Shown in pieces: positions 56,371-64,000 of a stretch of DNA of 64,000 bases. Positions within the stretch are counted from its first letter, which is position 1, and each line of letters opens with the position of its first letter. Origin of the DNA: Acidobacteriota bacterium (GTDB lineage: Bacteria; Acidobacteriota; UBA6911; RPQK01; JAJDTT01); contig CBDCOR010000029.1 of assembly GCA_965219855.1 (NCBI GenBank), positions 28,886 through 92,885 of the forward strand, given 5' to 3'. The notes below the pieces were generated by a model. It did not search any database and was not told the DNA's origin. It saw nothing but the letters and a program-made list of their open reading frames with translations. A program made the position numbers and the translations under genes.

Positions 56371-57324
56371 CTAAACCAGAGGTGCGACCTCGGTCATGAA
56401 GCACTCCATTCTCTCCAGACTCTCTTGGAGATCCGACCCAAGCAGGCTGGTGTATAGGTGACTGACACCCAGCTTCCGGTAGCGGTGAATGTCCTCGGCA
56501 ACCTGGGCTGAGTTCCCGGTAAGAGCCTGACGCTGGCCCCCATCAGTTTGTGTTTCGGTGTCGCTCCAGGCTCCTCCGAAGCGGATCTGGACTCGATTCG
56601 GATCCCTGCCTTCTGCTTCAACCATGACGCGAAGCCGTTGGATGGCGCTCTCGAGTTGTTGGAAGTTCTCGAGAGGATAGCGAGGATTTCCGGCGATCGG
56701 CATCCAACCGTCCGCCAGACGAGCTACGCGCCGCAGGGCTGCCGGACTCTCGCCCCCAATCCAGAAGGGCGGATGGGGAGTCTGCAACGGCTTGGGCGTG
56801 AAGTCGAGGTCGGAGAAGCTGAGGAACTTTCCCTGGAAGGAGGGGTTTGGGCTGGTCCACAACTCCTTGAATCCCTCGATGTACTCGTTGGAGACTGCTC
56901 CTCGGTCTTCGAAGCGAGTCGGCACCTCGAGTGCCAGGAACTCTTCGCGCATCCAGCCAACGCCGCAGCCCAGAATGAGCCGGCCCCCTGATAGAACGTC
57001 GAGCGTGGCCAACATCTTCGCAGCTAGGAGGGGATTTCGGTAGGGTAGGACGATGACTGAGGTCAGCAACCGTACCCGCGAGGTCTGACCTGCTAGAAAC
57101 GCCAGAACCGTGAGCATCTCCAGTGTGCGTTGGCTCGCTTCTCCGCCCGGGAACCTTCCAGAGACGCCGTAGGGATAGCGAGAGTTGACGGTCCGAGGGA
57201 GGATGAGGCGTTCGCTGGCGGCCAGCACGTCGAAGCCAAGTTCCTCGCCTTTTCGAGCCAGGGCTCCCAGGCTTTCCGGTGTGGCTTGAGGACCAGCGAT
57301 AGGAAGGTGCAGTAGGTATTTCAT
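56371..57324 (-). CDS. LLM-class (luciferase-like) F420-dependent oxidoreductase
   Basis: 317 aa. ..VLPYRNPLLAAKMLATLDVLSGGRLILGCGVGWMREEF..FQGKF..F.PKP.Q.PHPPFWIGGES..ALRRVARLADGWMP is the typical pattern for this class. Confidence 0.85.
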   Translation of the reverse strand: MKYLLHLPIAGPQATPESLGALARKGEELGFDVLAASERLILPRTVNSRYPYGVSGRFPGGEASQRTLEMLTVLAFLAGQTSRVRLLTSVIVLPYRNPLLAAKMLATLDVLSGGRLILGCGVGWMREEFLALEVPTRFEDRGAVSNEYIEGFKELWTSPNPSFQGKFLSFSDLDFTPKPLQTPHPPFWIGGESPAALRRVARLADGWMPIAGNPRYPLENFQQLESAIQRLRVMVEAEGRDPNRVQIRFGGAWSDTETQTDGGQRQALTGNSAQVAEDIHRYRKLGVSHLYTSLLGSDLQESLERMECFMTEVAPLV

Positions 57325-57371
57325 AGTGTTCTCGATGAATCGATTCCTGGCATGGTAACATTGCTTCGTCC

Positions 57372-57761
57372 ATGCAGTGTCTTAGAGTGCAGCACGTCAG
57401 TCTTCCCCGACCGCCCGGCAGCGAGCAAGAAAATCGCGCTTTCTATGGGGGTGTGTTGGGGCTGGAAGAAGCGCAGCCGCCCGCATCGATTCAAGGACTG
57501 GATTTGATCTGGTACCAGCTGGGTGATCAGGAGCTGCATCTTTTTCGGGAAGACCCTATTGACGATCCTTCGCGTCGGCATCTGTGCTTGGAGGTGGCAG
57601 ACGTCGACACCGTTCGCACCCGATTGGTGGAGGCCGGCTACCCGTTGGAGGAGACGATTCCCATTCCCAACCGGCCCCGCTTCTTCTGTCGAGATCCCTT
57701 CGGCAACCTGCTCGAGTTCACGACCATTCTAGGGGAATATCAGGCAGCGGAGAATGGGTAG
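57372..57761 (+). CDS. VOC family protein
   Basis: 129 aa. VQHVSLPRP..ENRAFYGGVLGLEE...HLCLEVADVD..RTRL..AGY......RFFCRDPFGNLLEF. Confidence 0.8.
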   Translation: MQCLRVQHVSLPRPPGSEQENRAFYGGVLGLEEAQPPASIQGLDLIWYQLGDQELHLFREDPIDDPSRRHLCLEVADVDTVRTRLVEAGYPLEETIPIPNRPRFFCRDPFGNLLEFTTILGEYQAAENG

Positions 57762-57966
57762 AAGGGGTAGCCTCGTTCCCGGCCCCTGAGTTCTCTCAAT
57801 GGTCGGGGGACCTGGACTTGCGATGTTCTGACGAATTCTTTCAGGTTTCAGATCAGTGAGGTCGCCAGCGGAGCTGGCCCCATTCGAGAAAGAAACTTTA
57901 GTGAATATTCAGCTTAGCCCCGCCTCCGGCTGCAAGGGATCATTCAGAAGGAAACTTTGGGTCCGG

Positions 57967-58044
57967 CGTAGCGTTGGGCTCCAGGCCGCCGTCCAAGCCA
58001 AAAGGCTCGGAAAAATAAGACTTCGGCCTGGAGGCCAAAGCTAC
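57967..58044. repeat. REP-like repeat, copy 2 (inverted relative to 5390-5472)
   Basis: The reverse complement reads GTAGCTTTGGCCTCCAGGCCGAAG...GGACGGCGGCCTGGAGCCCAACGCTACG. It lies about 35 bp from the IS4 copy B insertion site. Confidence 0.7.
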
Positions 58045-58078
58045 ATTCGCCAATGAAGTTTCAGCTTAGGAGTCTATC

Positions 58079-59250
58079 CAGTAGCGTCCCAGCGTTAGTC
58101 GAATAACATCAACTGTTTATGAATGTCACTATTCTGAGTAATGTAATGCATGTCCTGAAAGGCCTGTAAAATTGGGGTTTTCTCGAAGAGCGAGACACTC
58201 AGGACCTGGAGAATTGTGTAGAGCGGCAACTCGAGATAGAGGCGCTTGCGGATGATGGCGATGAGCAGGTAGGTACTGAGGGCGATCCAGATTTGTGTTT
58301 TCACGGCATTGGGACTGGTGCCGTAAAAGGCCTTGATGCGACGCAAAGGTTCGGGGTAGGCCTTGGCCGGATAGAAGGTGCTCAGCAGGACAGTTTGGTC
58401 GCAGATCAGTCCCGTCGTTCTGTCCACCGGGTGGGAGTAGCGGCGGCGGAACTTGAAGTTGGCCTTGGCGCGGGTCACGAATAACGACCGGGCAGAATGG
58501 AGTCGGTACAGGCGCCCGAAATCCAGGTATCCGCGATCCATGATGTAGTAGGCACCGGGACAAGGAATCAGGTGGTCCAAGGCGTGGACATCGTGCAGTT
58601 TTCCGTCCGAGATCAGAACGAACTCGGGAATGGCGCCGTGCAGGTTGAGCAAGGTATGCAGTTTGATCGCCCCCTTGGTACGGCGGAAGCGCGCCCAGGG
58701 GAAGACCGAGAGGCACAGGTCGATGGTCGTGGAGTCCAAGGCATAGACGGTCGCGTTCAGGTCGACTCCCAGGTCCTCGTCGGTGTACAGGCGGCGCGCT
58801 TCGGCGATAAGCACTTGGGCAAACTCGGCATAGATGCGCCAGTCGCGCCTCTCGTTGGCATTGGACAGATTGTTGCGGGAGACCGTGGAGCGAATGCCCA
58901 TGTGGAAGAGCTTGGATCTCATGGCCCGTAGGCAGGCTTCGATATCGCGCAAGCTCTCGCGATAGGTCAACTGTGCAAAGGCCATGACCCGGTAATGGTC
59001 GGCACAGCGGAACGACTTGACCTTGTAGTCGCCTCCGTAGTGCTGAACAATGCGATGAAAATGATGCCAGGGAAGATGCCGCATCACCTGAGAAAAAATC
59101 GTCGTGCCCGTGTACATGCTCGCCCTCCTTATGAACTGAAGGGCGTGAGCGTACACTCACTTTCAAGTCGGAAACACCCATTATCTTCTCTAACATATTA
59201 CTCATTAATACTTTACAGAGATTAGAAACCCAAACGTTGGGACACTACTG
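58079..59250 (-). mobile_element. IS4-family element, copy B
   Basis: Identical to copy A over 1172 bp. The 9-bp direct repeat GAGTCTATC lies at 58070-58078 and 59251-59259. Confidence 0.9.
58095..59117 (-). CDS. IS4-family transposase, in-frame deleted form
   Basis: The protein is identical to that of copy A in the ORF track. Confidence 0.8.
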   Translation of the reverse strand: MYTGTTIFSQVMRHLPWHHFHRIVQHYGGDYKVKSFRCADHYRVMAFAQLTYRESLRDIEACLRAMRSKLFHMGIRSTVSRNNLSNANERRDWRIYAEFAQVLIAEARRLYTDEDLGVDLNATVYALDSTTIDLCLSVFPWARFRRTKGAIKLHTLLNLHGAIPEFVLISDGKLHDVHALDHLIPCPGAYYIMDRGYLDFGRLYRLHSARSLFVTRAKANFKFRRRYSHPVDRTTGLICDQTVLLSTFYPAKAYPEPLRRIKAFYGTSPNAVKTQIWIALSTYLLIAIIRKRLYLELPLYTILQVLSVSLFEKTPILQAFQDMHYITQNSDIHKQLMLFD

Positions 59251-59290
59251 GAGTCTATCTCTTCTTAACGACGGTTGTGTAGCTCGAGGG

Positions 59291-60700
59291 ATGAAGCTCA
59301 CGATTCTGATTCCGGTGCTGTTCGCCGGTCTGGTCCAAGGCGAGAGTCATTTCGAGGTACCAAAGGGCGAGCGTCAGCTCTTTCTGGATGATCTCGGCGT
59401 CGCAAGCACCAACCACCTCACTCGCACCATGCATCCCCCGGTCAAGAAGGGAGCGGTGATCCGTCCAGATCCTGCCACGGGTAGTGGCGCTATCCAGACA
59501 CGGACCGCTCCCTTCTGGGACCCGGATAGGGAGATATTCAGGTACATGGCGGGGAGCTGGTGGGAGAGCCAGGATGCCCTTCACTGGAATCGAGTGGAAC
59601 GAATATCGGATCTCGAGGTGGGACGAGTGCTCTACGACCCAATCGAAGTGAATCCTGCCCGTCGATTCAAGTCCTTCTTTCCGAACAAACTTGCTGTCTC
59701 TCCTGACGGCTATCGCTGGAAGGTTTTGGATGTACCGCCCATTCGGAGCAGCGACGAGCAGAACTTTTCCCTGGATCAGAGTAGGAAGCTGTATATCGGA
59801 ACGGTCAAGCAGGGGGGACCCTATGGGCGTTCTGTCTACCTGACGACCAGCGAAGACTTCGAGCAATGGACTGAGCCAGAGCTGATTTTCCACGCCGATG
59901 ATCGGGATCAGGAGCTGGGCCGGAGAAACATCGAAGAGCGCCTCGCCGATGCTAGAATGTGGAAACCACTCCCCAGCTTCAAGATCGATCCCTCGGTTTA
60001 CAATGTGGACGTTTACAACATGGGGGTATTTCGCTACGAGGGCCTGTACATAGGGACTCCAGCCCTCTATCACGCCGTCGCGCGGGTGCCCAACTATCCC
60101 AACACGGTAGGCTTCCATTTGGTGCAACTGGTCTCGAGCCGAGACCTGAAGACCTGGAAGCGTCTGGGCGATCGCAAGCCCTTTATCGGCTCCTCACCGA
60201 TGGGTGCCGGGGCCTACGACCTGACCCAAATCATCGGACCCTCCTACCCCCTGGAGCGAGGCGATGAGCTCTGGTTCTACTACACGGGGCTCAAGTACCG
60301 GGGGAGCTTTTCCTATGTAGGGAAGTACCCGGACGGTCGAAGCATCCCGATTCCAGGGCTGGAAGCCGACCAGGGGGCCATTTGTCTGGCAGTCCTTAGA
60401 CGCGACGGCTTCGTCTCCCTGGACGCCGGAGAGACCCAGGGAACCCTCATAACCAAGCCCTTCGAGCTGTCCGCTGGCAAGCTCTGGGTAAACGTGGAGG
60501 CCCCCGAGGGCGACCTTCGGGTTGAAGTACTGGATGCCGAGGGAAAGGTTCAGGCGGTATCGGTTGGCCTCAAAGGGGATCTCAAGCGATCTCAAGTTCA
60601 GTGGCAGACAGGCGATTTCGCCGGACTCTCGGGAAGGCAGGTGAGCCTCCGCTTCCGGCTCCGTCAAGCCAGCCTCTATTCCTACTGGATCTCTAATTGA
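59291..60700 (+). CDS. secreted beta-propeller glycoside-hydrolase-like protein, paralogue
   Basis: The ATG at 59291 gives the signal peptide MKLTILIPVLFAGLVQG. QLFLDDLGV..., the C-terminal RRDGFVSLDAGETQGTLITKPFELSAGKLWVNVEAPEGDLRVEV... and ..LRFRLRQASLYSYW parallel the protein at 50258-51763. Confidence 0.7.
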   Translation: MKLTILIPVLFAGLVQGESHFEVPKGERQLFLDDLGVASTNHLTRTMHPPVKKGAVIRPDPATGSGAIQTRTAPFWDPDREIFRYMAGSWWESQDALHWNRVERISDLEVGRVLYDPIEVNPARRFKSFFPNKLAVSPDGYRWKVLDVPPIRSSDEQNFSLDQSRKLYIGTVKQGGPYGRSVYLTTSEDFEQWTEPELIFHADDRDQELGRRNIEERLADARMWKPLPSFKIDPSVYNVDVYNMGVFRYEGLYIGTPALYHAVARVPNYPNTVGFHLVQLVSSRDLKTWKRLGDRKPFIGSSPMGAGAYDLTQIIGPSYPLERGDELWFYYTGLKYRGSFSYVGKYPDGRSIPIPGLEADQGAICLAVLRRDGFVSLDAGETQGTLITKPFELSAGKLWVNVEAPEGDLRVEVLDAEGKVQAVSVGLKGDLKRSQVQWQTGDFAGLSGRQVSLRFRLRQASLYSYWISN

Positions 60701-60770
60701 GCTGAAACTTCAACAAGACCGAACTGCGCAGCGTCGTTGAGAGGATCTAGGGCCAAAGTGTTGATGCGGG

Positions 60771-60827
60771 GTAGAACGGGCATTTCTGCCCGTCGAGAAT
60801 ACAGACGGGCAAGAATGCCCATCCTAC
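60771..60827. repeat. long imperfect palindrome (GTAGAACGGGCATTTCTGCCCGTC ... GACGGGCAAGAATGCCCATCCTAC)
   Basis: Same family as 11648-11704. It lies immediately before MITE copy C. Confidence 0.8.
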
Positions 60828-60835
60828 TACTCTAA

Positions 60836-61024
60836 CCCGCATTTCTCATCGCTGGTCTACTGCGACGCCGCAATCATCCGCCCTGGCTGTGTTATGCTCG
60901 GTCGGCCTCCTCGACGTACTCTACAAGTACGACTGCGGCGGCTCGCCACGAGTGGTCTCGGTCGCAAGCCTTGCCAGGACGGCCCTTGCGGCGCCTGGCT
61001 ACGACAAGCGATGAGAAATGCGGG
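60836..61024. mobile_element. MITE-like element, copy C (189 bp, inverted relative to copy A)
   Basis: It has the same TIRs and is flanked by CTAA at 60832-60835 and 61025-61028. Confidence 0.85.
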
Positions 61025-61117
61025 CTAACCCCTGGGCTCGCGGTGATTCGGTGCCAAGTTGAATGATCTGGCTCGCGGCCCGGGGTTGGACTGATCTGAA
61101 TAGGACGGTCTCGAGCC

Positions 61118-62498
61118 TCATGTCCCATCAGCGAAAACCTCGATGAATCGAGCATGCGCCGACTGGGCCCGCTGGAAACTAGCCAGGCGGAAGAACTCGT
61201 CGGGGCTGTGAGCGCACTCGTCATCCAGGCCGAAGGAGAGGTTGACGGTGTGGATCCCCAGGTGGTCGAGGATCAGTCCACAGGTTGCGATGCTCCCCCC
61301 CGAGCCCACCACGTAGGGCCTCATTCCGTAGAGTTCCTCCAGAACACGGCTGGCAGAGGCGTTGCCGGGATGATCGATCGGAATGGAGTAAGGCTTCGCC
61401 GAGGATCCCAGCTTCACAACCTCGGCCTCCACTCCGGGAGGAGTGTTGCCCGCAACGTGGCGAGAAACAGCCTCGATGACGTTTTCGGGATCCTGATCTG
61501 CTACCAGGCGACAGGTGATCTTGGCGTGAGCCTGCCGGGGTAGGACCGTCTTCATTCCGTCTCCTTGGAAGCCACCCCAGATCCCATTGATTTCCAGGGT
61601 GGGACGAATCCACTCTCGCTCGTAGGTGCTGTACCCGGGTTCTCCAAAAGTCTGGGAAACGCCGATCGACGAGAGCAGCTCCTTTTCCTCATAGGGTACC
61701 CGGGCAAGCTCCTCTCTCATTCGGGTGTCGGGTGCTCGTACCTCGTCGTAGAAACCTTCGACCAGGATCCTGCCTTCCGGCGACCGCATCGAGTCCAGCA
61801 AGCGGATCAGGGCATGAACGGGGTTCTGCACTGCCCCCCCCGAAGAGACCGGAATGCAGATCTCGCGAAGGTCCTCGAACGTTGATCTGGATGGCACACA
61901 GACCGCGCAGCGAGATCCAGGTTGCGGGTTCTTGCTCACTCCACTGAGATCCGTCGGCACTCACCGCCATGTCGGCAGCGAATCTCGAGGCTTCGGCTCT
62001 CATAAAGGGAGGAAGGTGGGGACTGCCAATTTCCTCCTGGCCCTCGAGCAAGAATTTGAGGTTCAGGGGAAGAGCCTGGGTAGTCGCCAGGATCGCTTCT
62101 GTGGCTAGGATCGGCGCCAGCATGTTGCCCTTGTCATCGGACGCCCCGCGCGCATAGATCCTGCCGTCTCGGATTACTGGTTCGAAAGGCGGACTGCTCC
62201 AGAGCCCCACTGGATCTACCGGCTGAACATCGAAATGGCCGTAGACCAGAAGCGTGGGCTTGCCGGCGGCATGCAGCCAGTCACCGTAGACTACGGGATG
62301 ACCCTCGGCAGGCAGTACCTGGACGTGCTCGATTCCTGCCTTTGTCAGCCTTTGAGCGACCCATTGGCCAGCACTCTCGACGTCTTCGCGGTGGTCGGGA
62401 AGCGCCGAAATACTGGGTATGCGTAGAAACTCCTGCAGCTCTTCCAGGAAACGTCCTTGATGCTCCTTCAGGTAGTCCTGCCAGTGATCTGTTGCCAT
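61118..62498 (-). pseudogene. M20-family dipeptidase, reading frame broken in a C8/G8 homopolymer
   Basis: The N-terminal ORF (61689-62498: LRIPSISA..., LLVYGHFDVQP, ARGASDDKG, EGQEEIGS) and the C-terminal ORF (61118-61960: GGAVQNPVHALIRLL...HSPDEF) are contiguous homologues of one M20 peptidase. The switch occurs at the C-run 61834-61841. Confidence 0.85.
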
Positions 62499-62811
62499 GC
62501 TGTTTTTCTCCTAGTCTATGAGCGAACCAAACTCGATCAGCTTGTGATCTTGGGCTTTTGCCTCATAGCATCTCCCAATAGAGCACCTTGGTCGAATCGG
62601 GTGCCAACAGTACCACAACTCTCCCCGACTCATGCTAGAGCCTGGCAAGCGTTCTGCGGCTTGGTCTTATGTTGGAAACCGCCGCCCGTTCCTTTACCTT
62701 TGCCAGTTTTCGGGTTGGTCATGAGCCGATGCACCGAGAGATCAAGGCAAGGGCAAAGGCAAGGGCACGACCAAGGGTAAGAAGGGTAGGGCTAGGCAGA
62801 TACGGCAGACA

Positions 62812-64000
62812 TTACCACCAGCCCAGCAGCTTCCACCACAACATGCCTACACCCAGCCAGATGATCAGATGGAAGATCGAGATAACGAAACCCACCGAGA
62901 ACCACTTTGGTACCGGCACGTAGCCCAGTCCAAAATAGATGACGATGGGACCGGAAGAGTAGTTGGTCAGGCACCCGCAGAGGCAGCTGAAGTAGGCCAT
63001 CAGGGCTACCGCCAACATGGGAGCGCCGCCAGCTGCCAACGCCACAGCCAAAAAAGCGGCAGCCATCGCGGATATATGGGCGGTAAACATGCTGAATGCA
63101 TACATCGAGTAGAAGTAAATGAGGGCCAGGAGGATCACGACCGCCACCCCGTCGAAACCAGAGACCCAGACCTCCATGGCTTCGGCAAACCAGTCGATGA
63201 AGCCGTAGTTCTTGAGTAGATTCGCCATCGTCAAGAGGCCGCCCAGCCACACCAGCGCATCCCAAGCTCGAGCGTTTCCGATGATGTCGTTCCAGCTTTC
63301 GGTTCGAGTTATGAGAAGAATGCTCACCCCCATCCAGGCCACCAGCGTAGTGCTGGCGCCATGCAGGGGCTTGGTTGCCCAGAGCACGAGCAGAAGCGTC
63401 AGGGTCACGAACATCACCCATTCCTTCCAGCCCATTGCACCCATTTCTTCCAGCTCCTCGACTGCCTTGGCCTGGGCAGGGCGGGCGTCGGAGAGGGTTG
63501 GCTTGATCAGTTGGTAGATCAGAGGGGGGAGCAGCATCAGGCTCACAAGTCCGGGCACGATGGATCCCAGTGCCCAGGTCCCCCAATCGAAGTCAATCTC
63601 GAAGACGGCCTTGGCTGCCTTGGAGATGAGTGGGTTGGCAGCCATGCCAGTCAAGAACATGCTGGCCGTGACCAGGTTGGCGTTGGCGCCGACCAAGGCC
63701 AGGAATCTTCCGGCTCGTTCAGGCTCCCGATGCGGTGTGGAGTTGAGGGCCCTGGAAAGAGAGTCCATGATGGGTGCCATGATGCCGCCACCTCTGGCCG
63801 TATTGGAGGGGACTGCCGGACCCAAGAGTAGTTCCGATCCACAGAGGGCGTAACCGAGTCCCAGGGTAGACTTGCCGAATGCTTTCACCAGCGTCAGCGC
63901 GAGTCTGCGCCCGAACCCGCTACGCATCACCCCGCCGGCGATGAGAAAGGCTGCCACCACCAGCCACACCGTTGAGTCTCCGTAACCACTCAGTGCCTCC
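62812..64000 (-). CDS. anion permease (DASS/SLC13-like divalent anion:Na+ symporter family), N-terminus outside window
   Basis: The open frame runs to the window edge. ..PAVPSNTARGGGIMAPI.. and ..FLTGMAANPL.. are DASS signature regions, and there are many TM segments. Confidence 0.85.
   Translation of the reverse strand, partial: EALSGYGDSTVWLVVAAFLIAGGVMRSGFGRRLALTLVKAFGKSTLGLGYALCGSELLLGPAVPSNTARGGGIMAPIMDSLSRALNSTPHREPERAGRFLALVGANANLVTASMFLTGMAANPLISKAAKAVFEIDFDWGTWALGSIVPGLVSLMLLPPLIYQLIKPTLSDARPAQAKAVEELEEMGAMGWKEWVMFVTLTLLLVLWATKPLHGASTTLVAWMGVSILLITRTESWNDIIGNARAWDALVWLGGLLTMANLLKNYGFIDWFAEAMEVWVSGFDGVAVVILLALIYFYSMYAFSMFTAHISAMAAAFLAVALAAGGAPMLAVALMAYFSCLCGCLTNYSSGPIVIYFGLGYVPVPKWFSVGFVISIFHLIIWLGVGMLWWKLLGWW

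Overview
The window is a moderately GC-rich bacterial chromosome segment. Several Ser/Thr-kinase N-termini of the type [24 protein letters not shown] and several REP-like repeat families point to an Acidobacteria-like genome (inference only). From 1 to about 34.5 kb it is housekeeping core: dcd, leuS, lptE-like, holA, rpsT, phoH, ddl, psd-pssA, mgtE-recO, glyQS, inositol-3-phosphate synthase, ppdK, lpxD, murJ, xerD, rmuC, and a PQQ-propeller protein with a cytochrome c. This core is punctuated by mobile DNA. From about 35.6 to 48.1 kb lies a decayed accessory island holding truncated sulfatase, AAA-ATPase, histidine kinase, TolB-like, TonB-receptor, Ser/Thr kinase and Tn3 transposase remnants, an intact hicBA pair, and an orphan 709-aa secreted protein. 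From 48 to 64 kb there are metabolic and transport genes: two paralogous beta-propeller hydrolase-like proteins, VOC proteins, an LLM oxidoreductase, an IS-split Na+/solute symporter, a frameshifted M20 peptidase, and an anion permease. Mobile and repeat content is the main theme. It includes three near-identical 1870-bp IS1380-family copies, two identical 1172-bp IS4-family copies carrying an in-frame-deleted transposase, and one IS21-family element nested inside a MITE. It also includes a 175-189-bp MITE family with 20-bp TIRs and CTAR duplications, composite hairpin arrays, long palindromes, and unusual 7-nt-periodic tracts, among them a roughly 290-bp inverted CAGTGAG/CTCACTG array. I found no CRISPR array, rRNA or tRNA. 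The best candidates for follow-up are the heptamer-array architecture, the MITE family, an orphan Pycsar-effector-like (DUF5706) membrane protein, and a duplicated kinase 5' module fused to an unrelated ORF. I could not identify a complete multi-gene novel system.
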